Source: a virus. From it: a stretch of 64,000 bases of DNA. The translations under genes and the position numbers were made by a program. The stretch lies in IMG/VR virus record IMGVR_UViG_3300029568_000024, positions 3,390 through 67,389 of that record; one strand, given 5' to 3'. Positions 29,988 to 37,697 of the stretch are shown piece by piece (position 1 is the first letter of the stretch; every line of letters begins with the position of its first letter). Below the pieces are notes generated by a model, which was given only the letters and a program-made list of their open reading frames with translations, made no database searches and was not told where the DNA came from.

Positions 29988-30017
29988 AAACCAAAGATAG
30001 GACTTCTGGGTAAAGGA

Positions 30018-30344
30018 TCATATTTCTTTACCAATAGTCTCAGGGTACATCTCATGTAGCACCTTACGCAGCTCGATACATTTATCATAATCCTCCCGGG
30101 GCTCCTCACTGTAATACTTAATAACCGCGATAATAACATCCTTATTAAATCCTTCATTAGGATCATGCGCCAATACGATAGGAGAGCTTTTCCCGTCTAC
30201 ATCCTTCAGCAAATCCTCAAAATCCAAATCCTGGGTTATAAAGAGATAAGAAGTATAAAAAGCCTCATCAATGATCTCATCCTCTATAAGAGACTTATCC
30301 CCCTCAGGCAAATTATCAAAATCATCCAACCAATCATCTCCCAT
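30018..30344 (-). CDS. Acidic hypothetical protein, first gene of the minus-strand block
   Basis: Likely ATG at 30344 (MGDDWL); the track's TTG start lies in the promoter-like TTGTATATTGT at 30349..30359. Confidence 0.55.
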   Translation of the reverse strand: MGDDWLDDFDNLPEGDKSLIEDEIIDEAFYTSYLFITQDLDFEDLLKDVDGKSSPIVLAHDPNEGFNKDVIIAVIKYYSEEPREDYDKCIELRKVLHEMYPETIGKEI

Positions 30345-30525
30345 ACATACAATATACAAAGACTCCCGCTCAATTTAGTTTGTGCAGATAATAAAAAAAA
30401 TTTTTGCCCAAAAAATTACTTGTGTGTTTGGCTTTGTGTGAGGGTCCTACTATTCTGCTCCCCGGCTATTTTCCGGGCCTTGTGGCCCCCGTAGGCAAAT
30501 GTTTAACTAAACCCAAATTAACTCC

Positions 30526-30870
30526 ATGACAAAGCCTGTCGTTTATTTCCGTAAAGTTCGCATCAATGAATCAGCTGGCACAGCCACTATCATTGTTGCC
30601 GACCAGCCCAGCAGTCTCACCAAGCAGAAGCTTGGCGGACTGGCTGTGGCCACCCAAGACAACGCTGGTGCAACCATCGGTGTCTTGTCATTACGCGACC
30701 CTGAAACGGGTAACGTAATGCGGGCTGACCACCCTGTCATTCAGCAGCTAAAAGCTAAGCTGAAGCCAGGGGACGCCATGCCCGGGTTTCGCATCACCGA
30801 TAATCCTATCACAGATAGGGATACCGGTGAGGAAACCGGCCTGTTCTGGGTGGAAGCTGTAGCTTCCTAA
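30526..30870 (+). CDS. First early-region protein, unknown function
   Basis: 114 aa, GC-rich coding, A/C-rich leader. Confidence 0.7.
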   Translation: MTKPVVYFRKVRINESAGTATIIVADQPSSLTKQKLGGLAVATQDNAGATIGVLSLRDPETGNVMRADHPVIQQLKAKLKPGDAMPGFRITDNPITDRDTGEETGLFWVEAVAS

Positions 30871-30884
30871 CCCAGACAGGGTCT

Positions 30885-30950
30885 ACCGCTACCGTGTGCA
30901 CCGCTCTCAAGGTGATAGTTGAGGAGCCGTGCACAGGTAGTCCGGTTTTT
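30885..30950 (+). other. Long irregular RNA hairpin followed by T5
   Basis: ACCG/CGGT, CTACC/GGTAG, TGTGCAC/GTGCACA, CTC-TCAA/TTGA-GGAG stacked helices. Confidence 0.7.
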
Positions 30951-31128
30951 GTGAGCCAAACCAAGTATAGCTACTTGAGCCTAACCACATATTGCTACGT
31001 CTTTGTAAGAAAACTATGCAATTTGTGTACGTAAGTGCTTGATTGTGAGGGTGTGACCAACACTACCCACATTCACCCACTTTTCACCACTGCAAATACT
31101 AACCCAAGCGTAAACAATATATATCGCT

Positions 31129-31437
31129 ATGCCTGAGATTACATCTTACATTGCTGATTACTTTGTCCATGAGGATGGTCTTATCTCTTATATCTCTGTT
31201 ATGGAGGAAGGAGGTGAGACAATTGATTGCCGGATAGAGTTCATTGATGGTTCTGCTCTTATGTTAGATCAGATCCAGGAATGTATGAAGACCGACGTTC
31301 CTGAAGCTGAGGCTTCCAAAACTTTCAAAGCTCTGGTTCAGACTTACAAATGCTATAACCGTTTGTTTGTTGACCCCAGAGTGTGTCCTCTTTGTAATGA
31401 GATGCTGGAAGATACGTGCAGCCTGATTAGCTGCTAG
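31129..31437 (+). CDS. Hypothetical early protein, C-terminal CxxC..C
   Basis: 102 aa; CPLCNEMLEDTC. Confidence 0.6.
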   Translation: MPEITSYIADYFVHEDGLISYISVMEEGGETIDCRIEFIDGSALMLDQIQECMKTDVPEAEASKTFKALVQTYKCYNRLFVDPRVCPLCNEMLEDTCSLISC

Positions 31438-31604
31438 TCCGTGGCCCACGTGGATGAAGGGAATGAGTGGTGATTCACTCTAACGGGGAAAAGCGTGGGA
31501 GAGAGACCCACGTGTAACTACTGACGAGTAGTTATCTATTAAGTTAGCTTTCAATCAAACTCCACCCGTGCGGGGAGTCTTATAGCCGTGGACGCACGGT
31601 TATG
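31438..31604 (+). ncRNA. Structured leader / riboswitch-like element
   Basis: CCCACG(31445-50) or CCCACG(31507-12) can pair with CGTGGG(31494-99); hairpins GAGTG/CACTC, AACTACT-GACG-AGTAGTT, ACTCC/GGAGT, ATAGCCGTG-GACG-CACGGTTAT. Confidence 0.55.
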
Positions 31605-31733
31605 AGCACCTCTACCGCTATGAAAAAGATTCGTGATACCCAGAAGCAACGTGCAGAGATGCAACAGCTTCGCAGACTGACACGCACTCGTGTCAAGCCT
31701 AATAAAAAGAAGGATTGGGCACCTTCAGAGTAA
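31602..31733 (+). CDS. 43-aa basic peptide (not in track)
   Basis: MSTSTAMKKIRDTQKQRAEMQQLRRLTRTRVKPNKKKDWAPSE. Confidence 0.5.
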   Translation: MSTSTAMKKIRDTQKQRAEMQQLRRLTRTRVKPNKKKDWAPSE

Positions 31734-31771
31734 TAACCTAAAGCTGGCGAGCAAGATGTACGCAAAAGAAA

Positions 31772-32032
31772 ATGACAGTAGAGTTTATTAAGACTGTTGA
31801 CATGCACAACGGAGCTAACCAGGCTTTGTACAAAACTGATGACAAGGAGCATCCTTTCATTATTGTCAGTGGTATTCTCAATGAACACGCTCATGAGGTA
31901 ATGGCATTTCCTGCTGATGCAGAAGGTGAGATTACAAATTGGGGTGAGATTGCTTGTGTCCGGTACACCACAAGTCATAAGGAGTTCTTTGGTGAGCTCG
32001 GTTGGAAACAAACTAAAACCGAAGACCAATGA
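31772..32032 (+). CDS. Hypothetical early protein
   Basis: 86 aa; EVMAFPADAEGEITNWGE motif. Confidence 0.65.
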   Translation: MTVEFIKTVDMHNGANQALYKTDDKEHPFIIVSGILNEHAHEVMAFPADAEGEITNWGEIACVRYTTSHKEFFGELGWKQTKTEDQ

Positions 32033-32259
32033 AAAATCCTGTGATTCAAAGACTTGTGCTTGGTATACTCAGGTGGTTTGCTGTAACAACGCTACCGCTT
32101 GTAACCATTAGCATGGTATGGTGTGCCACTCTTGGTGCATTTGACTTCTTTGCCTGCATGCATTCCGGTGCTGTGATGTTCTTCACTGCAATGTTTTCTG
32201 TTGCCGGAATACTTATTGCAATTGGTGTTGATGAAGAAGGTCAATCACTTTTGAACTGA
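32029..32259 (+). CDS. Two-TM membrane protein
   Basis: 76 aa, two hydrophobic segments, ATGA overlap. Confidence 0.6.
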   Translation: MKNPVIQRLVLGILRWFAVTTLPLVTISMVWCATLGAFDFFACMHSGAVMFFTAMFSVAGILIAIGVDEEGQSLLN

Positions 32260-32269
32260 CATGTGTTAT

Positions 32270-33170
32270 CATGTCTATAGGTTGTTTAACCCGCCAGATA
32301 TGGTGGGTTAGCAGCCTGAAGCATACGTTATTGTTACCCTCAGAGTTTAGATACTCATGGTGTATGCGTTAAGCCTGCTTGACAGGTTACTGAAACAATA
32401 GGTCAGCCTTCGTGACCATAGGATAATCCAGTGATGGAATAAAGTGTATCCCTTAAGAAAGGATACGCCATGCATTAGCATGCCACTGAAAGGTAGTTGC
32501 ATATCTATGTCTTGGAATGGCCCTACAGGGTATAAGAGATATAGACACCATTAGGAAGTGGTGTTGAGTGAGAAATCACAATAAGAATGTAGCTAGGTAA
32601 TGGTAGTACCAGTCGCCAACTGGGGATCCATTATCAATGTTTATGTTTGATGTTGCAAGAAATTGCATGTCATGATTAAACATAGTGATTAGACTTGGCA
32701 GTCGAAAGCAGGGTGGAGTTGATAGCTAAACTACTCAAAAGGTGGCATGCTATACAATCAACAACCGCTTCACTCATCGTTCCTTCTCTTATCTCCTAGC
32801 CTACAGGGCATATATGATCAAGAGCAAAAGTGTTGTTGAGTATTGAGTTTACAATGTTCTTATTGTGCTGTAATATGCACAGACTCTAAGGCCGCAAGCC
32901 ACAGAGTAAACGGAACGAAGTATCATTGCATTTGGTGTGAGGCATCACATTTATCCCGGCAGGGAGGTCAGTGAGAAAAGTGAAGTTATATGACTCAATA
33001 CAGGGATGGCGGACATCTAAATCCGTGAACATCTTATCTACCTTCAGTAATGGAGGTGTGTGTATGTGGGGAAACCTGCTAAAATGATATGCAACTTTAT
33101 GGGTCAACACTCAGCCCTGGTGTCATGCACAAGAAAAGCCTTCACGTGGCGCATGATGTAAGTAAGCTTA
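32270..33170 (+). ncRNA. Candidate large ornate structured RNA (~900 nt)
   Basis: No credible ORF; >15 local hairpins, several GNRA-capped, many G-U pairs; long-range helices 32476-87/32741-52, 32495-505/33086-96, 32577-90/32854-67, 32840-48/32993-33001, 32758-65/32832-39. Boundaries approximate. Confidence 0.75.
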
Positions 33171-33212
33171 TGCTGAAACTAATTTTCTTATTCACCATTC
33201 AAACCTAAACCT

Positions 33213-33521
33213 ATGCCTAGAAGAGAATTTCACCCAATCAACGGTGTATACCTTACACAAGAACTTGGATTTGAAGAAGACACTTGGGGTTATGGAGATG
33301 AACTAATTCCATGCTTTACCAAAGTCTATTTAGATACTGTAGTCTTTGTAGCATTACCTCAGCAGCATGTACGTAAAAGTGATCTATATGATGCACACCT
33401 TAGAGTGTTTGCATTCATGAGTAAAGAAGATTACGCTGCAGACAGAGCTGTTTGCTTTGAGAATCTATACAAGCTTATTGACGCAACTGCAATCTTGGAT
33501 GCAGAATGCGCACCGCTTTAG
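33213..33521 (+). CDS. Hypothetical early protein
   Basis: 102 aa, A/C-rich leader. Confidence 0.6.
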   Translation: MPRREFHPINGVYLTQELGFEEDTWGYGDELIPCFTKVYLDTVVFVALPQQHVRKSDLYDAHLRVFAFMSKEDYAADRAVCFENLYKLIDATAILDAECAPL

Positions 33522-33570
33522 GTGGTGAGGGGGTCAGCTGTAATGGCCGGCCCTTCACCATAATTTTTTC
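33522..33570 (+). terminator. Long hairpin/terminator
   Basis: GTGGTGAGGGG/CCCTTCACCAT stem extended to a GTAAT loop, T-rich tail. Confidence 0.6.
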
Positions 33571-33591
33571 ACTAACCTTAAACCCATATCT

Positions 33592-34026
33592 ATGGATCTA
33601 AAAGATAGAACACAGTATGAAATGCCTGTTGCCAGGTGGATTTATTATGCTAAGAGATTTAGTTGGGAATATATTGATCCAGATCTTGTGATAGAAGTAC
33701 TTGAAAGTTTTCTTACTACGCATGAGACAATCTGTGAGAATAACTTTCGCATGCCTATTTACAATGCTTGGAAAGCTGAGCAGCCTAAGTTCAAGCGTGA
33801 AGATTATGAGAGTGAGGGCAACTTAGAGTTGTTTGAGAAGCTCATCAAAGACCATCATGGTATTGATGTTAATATTGCTCTTCTCATAGATCATGAGAAT
33901 AGGAAGCAGATCTCGCGAGAAATCATGCGTTTTAGTAGGTGTGTCAGCATATTTGAGAAGGATCACCATGTAGTTGATGCCATTAGGAGTTTTTCAGAAA
34001 AGCCTAGATATGGGTATGAAGACTAA
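33592..34026 (+). CDS. Hypothetical protein
   Basis: 144 aa ORF in co-oriented series. Confidence 0.6.
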   Translation: MDLKDRTQYEMPVARWIYYAKRFSWEYIDPDLVIEVLESFLTTHETICENNFRMPIYNAWKAEQPKFKREDYESEGNLELFEKLIKDHHGIDVNIALLIDHENRKQISREIMRFSRCVSIFEKDHHVVDAIRSFSEKPRYGYED

Positions 34027-34213
34027 CCGCATGAAGGCTCTTGAAGAATGGGAGGAATTGAATGATGACCAGCGGTTAGCACTGCTGGTCAGATTTCCAC
34101 CTCAAAGACTTCAGAGTATTATCAAGGAGAAACTATTATCACACTGGCTCACTGGTCGTGAGATAGAAGATATAGTTACACAAGCACATCAATCTTTAAA
34201 GACTAAGTTATGA
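34010..34213 (+). CDS. Hypothetical protein
   Basis: Likely start 34010 or 34016. Confidence 0.5.
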   Translation: MGMKTNRMKALEEWEELNDDQRLALLVRFPPQRLQSIIKEKLLSHWLTGREIEDIVTQAHQSLKTKL

Positions 34214-34470
34214 CAAGCTTTAACAAGTTTAAGCAAGCCACTTCAAAGGAAGACTTCAAGCCTGGAGACCTTCCTTATAAAAGACAAATGATTAACATCC
34301 TTATAGATAGGGATGTTGTTAGGCGGAGTAACCGCCGTGGTAAGTATGTCCTCAAGAAAAAGCTGCATGCTAAGGACATATACAAGTTTATTGATGCAGC
34401 AAGAGTGAGAAGTCTTAGTTATAACTTCAACTTCTTATCCAATCAAGGTTATACTATTAATCGGCAATAG
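34210..34470 (+). CDS. Basic hypothetical protein
   Basis: 86 aa, ATGA-coupled. Confidence 0.55.
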   Translation: MTSFNKFKQATSKEDFKPGDLPYKRQMINILIDRDVVRRSNRRGKYVLKKKLHAKDIYKFIDAARVRSLSYNFNFLSNQGYTINRQ

Positions 34471-34496
34471 TTTTTTAGGTTTCTATTGCTGTAACT

Positions 34497-34530
34497 GGGG
34501 AGTTCTGGAAAAATGAGCTCCCCTTTTCTT
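34497..34530 (+). terminator. Intrinsic terminator
   Basis: GGGGAGTTC/GAGCTCCCC plus T-tract. Confidence 0.75.
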
Positions 34531-34553
34531 ATCTTAGTCCCAAAGATATTGAT

Positions 34554-34760
34554 ATGGAGATCGTTGCAAAACTTGAAACAGAGTATCTATATACTCTTCT
34601 GGTTAAGATAAATGGTAGGTATAGAGTGGTTAGTGCAAAGAATGCAGGAGGATTCCTTGAGTTCTTTAACGCTCTAGATTGCCTTGAACATAGAACGTTA
34701 GATGCTCTTCTTACGCATAAAGAAGAGTTAATTGAGCAACAAAAGAAAGATCTTGAATGA
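34554..34760 (+). CDS. Hypothetical protein
   Basis: 68 aa. Confidence 0.55.
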   Translation: MEIVAKLETEYLYTLLVKINGRYRVVSAKNAGGFLEFFNALDCLEHRTLDALLTHKEELIEQQKKDLE

Positions 34761-34855
34761 AGTTAACTCCAAGAGAAAGATTCGGAGACATGGTTGCAGT
34801 ATTCATTGGTGTTATGGCATTGATAGTACTGTACGTATTGAACAAACTTGACTAA
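34757..34855 (+). CDS. 32-aa single-TM peptide (not in track)
   Basis: MKLTPRERFGDMVAVFIGVMALIVLYVLNKLD; ATGA-coupled. Confidence 0.5.
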   Translation: MKLTPRERFGDMVAVFIGVMALIVLYVLNKLD

Positions 34856-34857
34856 TT

Positions 34858-35010
34858 ATGACTGAAGATATCCAAGTCACTTACGAGTATACTAGAGAAG
34901 GAAAACAATTTGTTACACCATCAATCAACTTTGCTGCCTGGAGAACAGATAGTACAGTTAAAGTTTTTGAGAATGGTGTTTATACCAAAACCCTTGAAGT
35001 ACAGAAATGA
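34858..35010 (+). CDS. 50-aa hypothetical protein (not in track)
   Basis: MTEDIQVTYEYTREGKQFVTPS...; coupled on both sides. Confidence 0.5.
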   Translation: MTEDIQVTYEYTREGKQFVTPSINFAAWRTDSTVKVFENGVYTKTLEVQK

Positions 35011-35165
35011 AACAGCTGATCCCCAAAGTAACACCAATTACATATGTCGGCGCCTTAATAGGTGCCGCATCGTTTAGAGACGGTAAGAGTTTTAAGATAA
35101 TTCTTACTATTCCATTCATCGCATTATCATTTACCTGGTTTGAGAGACGTCAAGAGAGTATTTAA
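35007..35165 (+). CDS. 52-aa hydrophobic peptide (not in track)
   Basis: MKQLIPKVTPITYVGALIGAASF...; ATGA-coupled. Confidence 0.45.
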   Translation: MKQLIPKVTPITYVGALIGAASFRDGKSFKIILTIPFIALSFTWFERRQESI

Positions 35166-35667
35166 GTTTAACCGTGATAGGTTATTTCGTGGTCATGAAG
35201 GTGACATTGCAGTAGAAAGTAAAGATGATAACAAGAATCTTGTAATCACTAATAGTTACTATGGTGGTTATTGTAAGCAGGTTATCAATCTTAATAATGC
35301 TACTGCAGAAATTACATACTGCACTCATCGACAACAACCTAAATGGTTTGGTCGTCTATTAGATGAACATCTTAAGATGTTTAAAGAACCTGCCCTTGGC
35401 TTTCTTGGTCCGGTTGGTATTACTGTAGGTAATGATCAGTATAGACTTGATAGTCATACTGCGTTCCTTACAACTACAGAAACTGTTGATGTTTGTAATC
35501 TTCAGGGTCATATGACTGCAATCAATAAGCTTAAGATTCTTTCTAAGAAACTTTCTTATTGTGTTAAGCAATTTAAGTCATTGAATGCTAAGCAGTTAGA
35601 GGACTTAATTATACCAAAGAACGATGGTCAAGCTGTACTATACCTTGATCCAGCCATTTTGCGTTAG
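35140..35667 (+). CDS. Hypothetical protein (TTG start uncertain)
   Basis: 175 aa open frame. Confidence 0.55.
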   Translation: MRDVKRVFKFNRDRLFRGHEGDIAVESKDDNKNLVITNSYYGGYCKQVINLNNATAEITYCTHRQQPKWFGRLLDEHLKMFKEPALGFLGPVGITVGNDQYRLDSHTAFLTTTETVDVCNLQGHMTAINKLKILSKKLSYCVKQFKSLNAKQLEDLIIPKNDGQAVLYLDPAILR

Positions 35668-35818
35668 GGGTCCCAAATTTGTCACCCCATAACAGTACCA
35701 GTATATTAATACTTATATACTGCTACACATTATGGCTAGGGAAATCATTTAAAACCGGTAGCGGTAGAACCCTAGAGGGAGTTTGCTTTACAGCGGCTCC
35801 CTCTTAAAATTTAAATCC

Positions 35819-36292
35819 ATGAGTGACTCTAAGTCTACATCTATAAGCAATCCTACGCTTATTAAGCTTATTAAGCAGCATATCAAGTGCAAGACAGCTT
35901 CTAATGCTGATATCATTGCAGAAACTATCATAGATGAGTTTAGCATGGCAACAACGAATTTTATTTTAGACATGTGTGTTCGTGAAAATACATTCACACC
36001 TGTTGAAGTTGGTTCTTATTGTATGTTTCCAGCACCTAGATTTATAGAATATGATGAAGATGTGCTGGGTGATCTTGGTTTACTTCCATCAAAGCCTGGG
36101 TATATCTATGGTATAGTTACAGGTGATTCAAGCTGGAAGTCTACTAATTTTAAATATGCTGCCGAGCTAAAAGTTGAGATGTTCTTACATGATGAGGACA
36201 AAAAGATGACCCGATCAGAAAAGACTATTCCTCATCTTGAGCTTATCCCCGTTAGTGAAAACCAAATAAAATATTTCCATGGCAAAAATTAG
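35819..36292 (+). CDS. Hypothetical protein, SH3-like C-terminus
   Basis: Likely ATG 35819 after a hairpin at 35774..35805. Confidence 0.55.
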   Translation: MSDSKSTSISNPTLIKLIKQHIKCKTASNADIIAETIIDEFSMATTNFILDMCVRENTFTPVEVGSYCMFPAPRFIEYDEDVLGDLGLLPSKPGYIYGIVTGDSSWKSTNFKYAAELKVEMFLHDEDKKMTRSEKTIPHLELIPVSENQIKYFHGKN

Positions 36293-36488
36293 TATTGCTT
36301 TATTTCTGGCAGATGCAAGTGACTATCGTCAATTACTACAGTTATGCAGTAAGTATGATCTTGTAAGGCCATTCGCATTTGGTTCATATATGAATAATAA
36401 GTATAAGTTTAATGATGAGGCTCTTAGTAAAGAGCAGGACTTTGAAAAAGCTTATACTATGATTCAGGAAAAGTATGTCCAAAAATAG
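36279..36488 (+). CDS. Hypothetical protein
   Basis: 69 aa, overlapping neighbours. Confidence 0.55.
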   Translation: MAKISIALFLADASDYRQLLQLCSKYDLVRPFAFGSYMNNKYKFNDEALSKEQDFEKAYTMIQEKYVQK

Positions 36489-36720
36489 ATTTGGTATAGT
36501 CTCACATGAGATTATATCAGATCCTGACTTATCTACACAAGCTAAAGCTTTGTATGCACTATTATGCTGTTATGCAGATAAAAATAGACAGTGTTATCCT
36601 ACAAAAAGTAGGTTAGCAGATGAGCTAAATGTATCTGTAAAAACAGTTAAACGTTATCTGAGTGAGTTATATAGTAAAAAATACATCAAGAGAAATGCCG
36701 TAGTAATCACAGTACAATAA
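36475..36720 (+). CDS. Helix-turn-helix protein (HTH_36-like)
   Basis: LSTQAKALYALL..CYPTKSRLADELNVSVKTVKRYLSEL. Confidence 0.8.
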   Translation: MSKNRFGIVSHEIISDPDLSTQAKALYALLCCYADKNRQCYPTKSRLADELNVSVKTVKRYLSELYSKKYIKRNAVVITVQ

Positions 36721-36759
36721 AGCGTAGCTATATATATGCTAATTAATTAGCAATCACGG
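36721..36759 (+). repeat. Dispersed non-coding element, copy B, containing perfect palindrome TGCTAATTAATTAGCA (36737..36752)
   Basis: Aligns with copy A at 20829..20866(-). Confidence 0.6.
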
Positions 36760-36815
36760 AGTTTAATCCTGTAATATTCTACTTACTTGGTTCCTTTTTG
36801 TCCTACTTTTATAGT

Positions 36816-37082
36816 ATGATAATCCAGTTACCAAGTGGTAGAATCATTGAGTGTTCAGTTGAACAGTACTTATCATTATCTGATGAGGAAGTTAAAGAAC
36901 TCTATGGATTAAACTCAGCATTTACAAAAGAGGTTAATAGTCCTTTCTATAATATGTTTTCAGAAGCACGAGAAGTTGCTGAACAAGATATGAATAGAAC
37001 AGATGACTATGAACCAGATCTAGACGAGATAGAGTCTGTTGAGAAGCTCAATGATCCTTATTGGCACTCAGACGATATCTAA
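36816..37082 (+). CDS. Conserved acidic hypothetical protein
   Basis: Likely start MIIQLPSGRIIECSVEQYL. Confidence 0.6.
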   Translation: MIIQLPSGRIIECSVEQYLSLSDEEVKELYGLNSAFTKEVNSPFYNMFSEAREVAEQDMNRTDDYEPDLDEIESVEKLNDPYWHSDDI

Positions 37083-37107
37083 ACAACAACCCTTAATTTT
37101 TATTGAG

Positions 37108-37644
37108 ATGAGTAAAGTTCAGATTATCCCTGATGAACTTGGCAATGTTGTACGCCAATCTAAGAACAACAAAGAGTATGGCCATGTACGGCTACAACAA
37201 GATAGAGTGAGCTACTCTCCTAGTGGCTGGCTTAAAAGGTCTGTTGTAAGCACCTTGCTTCATGGTAAGATGGAAGATTTTGATGCAGTTGGTATCAAGA
37301 ATCACACAGAGCTTAATGGTAAGATTATTATCAAAGAGCAGACAACACCATTCAGTGCTTCAGATCCAGATAGAGATCTAAAGTATGCCGGTGAGACAGG
37401 AATTGTATGCTGTGCTTATGGTGAACCTATTTATAGGAAAACATTCTTTGTGACTGATGTCAATGCAGAGGATGTACTTATTGCTCACACTAATGGTGAC
37501 GCTATCCGCGAAGCCTTAAATCCAGTTAGTGTAGTTACCGAAGAAACAACTGAGGAAACTACAACTAAGAATCATCAGGTAGATCTTGAAGAAGTAATTG
37601 AAGAAGAGACTGCTGATGAGATTGATGACTCATTTGAGCTGTAA
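37108..37644 (+). CDS. Hypothetical protein with acidic tail (possible OB-fold/SSB-like)
   Basis: Likely start MSKVQII; beta-rich body, acidic C-terminus ending DDSFEL; terminator follows. Confidence 0.45.
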   Translation: MSKVQIIPDELGNVVRQSKNNKEYGHVRLQQDRVSYSPSGWLKRSVVSTLLHGKMEDFDAVGIKNHTELNGKIIIKEQTTPFSASDPDRDLKYAGETGIVCCAYGEPIYRKTFFVTDVNAEDVLIAHTNGDAIREALNPVSVVTEETTEETTTKNHQVDLEEVIEEETADEIDDSFEL

Positions 37645-37651
37645 ATCTGAC

Positions 37652-37677
37652 GGGGGAGTGTAATGCTCCCCCTTTTC
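37652..37677 (+). terminator. Intrinsic terminator
   Basis: GGGGGAG/CTCCCCC plus TTTT. Confidence 0.8.
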
Positions 37678-37697
37678 TACCACTTAACAACACTATC

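Noticed and set aside
30921-30947. GAGCCGT resembling group II intron domain V
   Set aside because: The sequence is fully explained as the 3' strand of a local hairpin; no DV stem geometry, GUGYG start or maturase.
31458-31500. AGGGAA..GGTG resembling a cobalamin riboswitch
   Set aside because: The B12-box and CCCGC-ACTGT elements are missing.
31521-31527. CTGACGA hammerhead core
   Set aside because: No stem II plus GAAA downstream; the bases are inside a 7-bp hairpin.
31580-32029. 149-aa minus-strand ORF
   Set aside because: Antisense to two better plus-strand ORFs.
32886-33110. 74-aa minus-strand ORF inside the large RNA
   Set aside because: No recognisable motifs or leader, antisense to the block; shadow of the structured region.
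35136-35165. +1 frameshift fusing the 52-aa ORF (35007) to 35140..35667
   Set aside because: The frames overlap at TGG-TTT-G, but there is no recognised slippery site or stimulatory structure; a TTG start is simpler.
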